NCBI GenBank assembly: GCA_965285935.1
Contig: OZ260661.1
Span: 94,116,001-94,180,000, forward strand
DNA length: 64,000 nucleotides
DNA from: Ophelia neglecta
Lineage: Eukaryota
Direction of reading: 5' to 3'
Positions 62,711-64,000 of this stretch are shown one piece after another. A program made the position numbers and the translations under genes. Position 1 is the stretch's first letter, and every line of letters starts with the position of its first letter. The notes under the pieces were generated by a model that saw only the letters and a list, made by a program, of their open reading frames with translations, was not told the DNA's origin and made no database searches.

Positions 62711-64000
62711 TGCCAAAGCGGAGACATAACTTGGAGATGTTAATAGTGGATGGCTATGAATTCCCTACAGCTTAAGGACTGAAAAGTGAGTCAATATGGC
62801 CAAAGCACGCACTGGGTCATGCTGACTCTATTTTGATTTTTTTTTGTTATATTACGGAGAAGTTGTCCGACCTTCCTATGGTCACAGGTACTGGTTCTTC
62901 ATCCGAAACAGATGCGGGAGAGAACAAGTAGACACATCTGACATGTGCTAGTGGAAATTTCAAATTATCTCGGAAATACACAATTCTTGTATAAGTCGAA
63001 TAAAGAGAAATCTCAGGTATGATAGCTATATTGTCTGTCATGCACTCATGGATCATTCCCAAGATGGTTAATCTGCACGTCATACCTAAGGGATTTCAAT
63101 ATTATTTTGAGTCTAGACAACAAAAGGTTCAAAATACTTCAGTCAGACTGCTTATTGTCCTACTGTCTCATTTAGGTCTTACATTTAACCCCTCTATTAG
63201 AGCAGCCTCGAAGTTTACCGACGTCAGGCACAGGATAGTTACATAAGTGTGCATTAATAATCAGACTCCCCCATAGTTAAGTTTTTTCCCATGTATGACA
63301 AGTTACATTAATTTGCCTGAAGGGAAAAAAGTGGGTCTTCAGATGTGGTAGAAAATTCCTCTCATAAGATCTTTTTTGTTTCATTATCATTATACGGCAG
63401 TCTCTTATGCTGCCCCAATTTCGTCCCGATCAGCTCCCTCTGTCCCTGAGGCAAAGAGCATACATTTCTTGAGCGGTTTATAAAATAAAGTGGGGTTGCT
63501 TAACAATTATTCAGCAAGCAAATTTACATAAAGAAATTTTAATGGAGTTCCATATCTAATTTTGTCAAAAAGAACCCATTTGACAATGTTATAGTAAGGT
63601 ACAAGTCTTTTGTTATGCTTACAACCACTTGTTGCATCCGAGAATACACACCTGCAAAAGGCACACAATGATACCTGTACAGTTGGAGCTTGGTTAATCT
63701 ATAAACCAAACTATGGCTAAGTAAAAATTGGACCAAACAAAGGAAGACCTGTGGCTGAAATTTAACTACTTAATACGGGATGACTGGGATCTAAATTTGT
63801 GCTGATATTCCCCCTATTGAACACAGTGCTTCATCGATCATGGTAACGCTTATCAAATTGATACAAAATGGCTGTTTTACAAATCCTGCTTGAAATTGTC
63901 GTCTCTGATTAATATTTTACAGAAATGGTACACAGGTTTTCTTTAAAATTGCGCGCTATAGATGTGATTACTATTACACACATAAGAATATCTGCGATAA

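Noticed and set aside
792-63736. The bulk of the 60-150 aa ORFs in the track
   Set aside because: No recognisable domains and lengths consistent with chance. Only 21310..21618 (Meis) and the 62.1-62.7 kb fragments (LINE RT) are meaningful.
1-64000. Prokaryotic systems (operons, CRISPR arrays, defence islands) and tRNA/rRNA genes
   Set aside because: The window contains a spliceosomal exon-intron gene and has very low coding density. I saw no repeat-spacer array and no intact tRNA or rRNA signature.

Overview
Eukaryotic (metazoan, non-vertebrate-looking) genomic DNA, not prokaryotic. Bases 1 to ~24.5 kb hold the 3' end of a + strand Meis/homothorax TALE-homeobox gene. It has three coding exons: 7637-7695 (end of homeodomain, W|FINARRRIVQPMIDQSNRA), 9198-9272, and 21368-21618 (a Met/His/Gly/Pro-rich, Meis1b-like C-terminus ending DIHAG*). 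These are separated by long introns and followed by a putative ~2.9 kb 3' UTR. The remaining ~40 kb has no recognisable gene. It consists of GC-richer regulatory-looking blocks, AT-rich spacers, decayed mobile elements (L2/CR1 LINE fragments, a SINE, several MITE-like elements) and a 24-bp minisatellite. Main observations: (1) a sharp switch from CpG-depleted to CpG-normal sequence near 25-26 kb, resembling gene-body methylation; (2) a strong excess of the palindrome TAGGCCTA that I found only downstream of that switch, with internal evidence that it arises by TA>TA-GGCC-TA insertion; (3) candidate unusual splicing at the Meis 3' end: a recursive-splice or microexon site at 20284, a duplicated in-frame donor at 7711, and an alternative acceptor at 21375; (4) recurrent imperfect hairpins in the GC-rich blocks. 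All counts were made by eye and are approximate.
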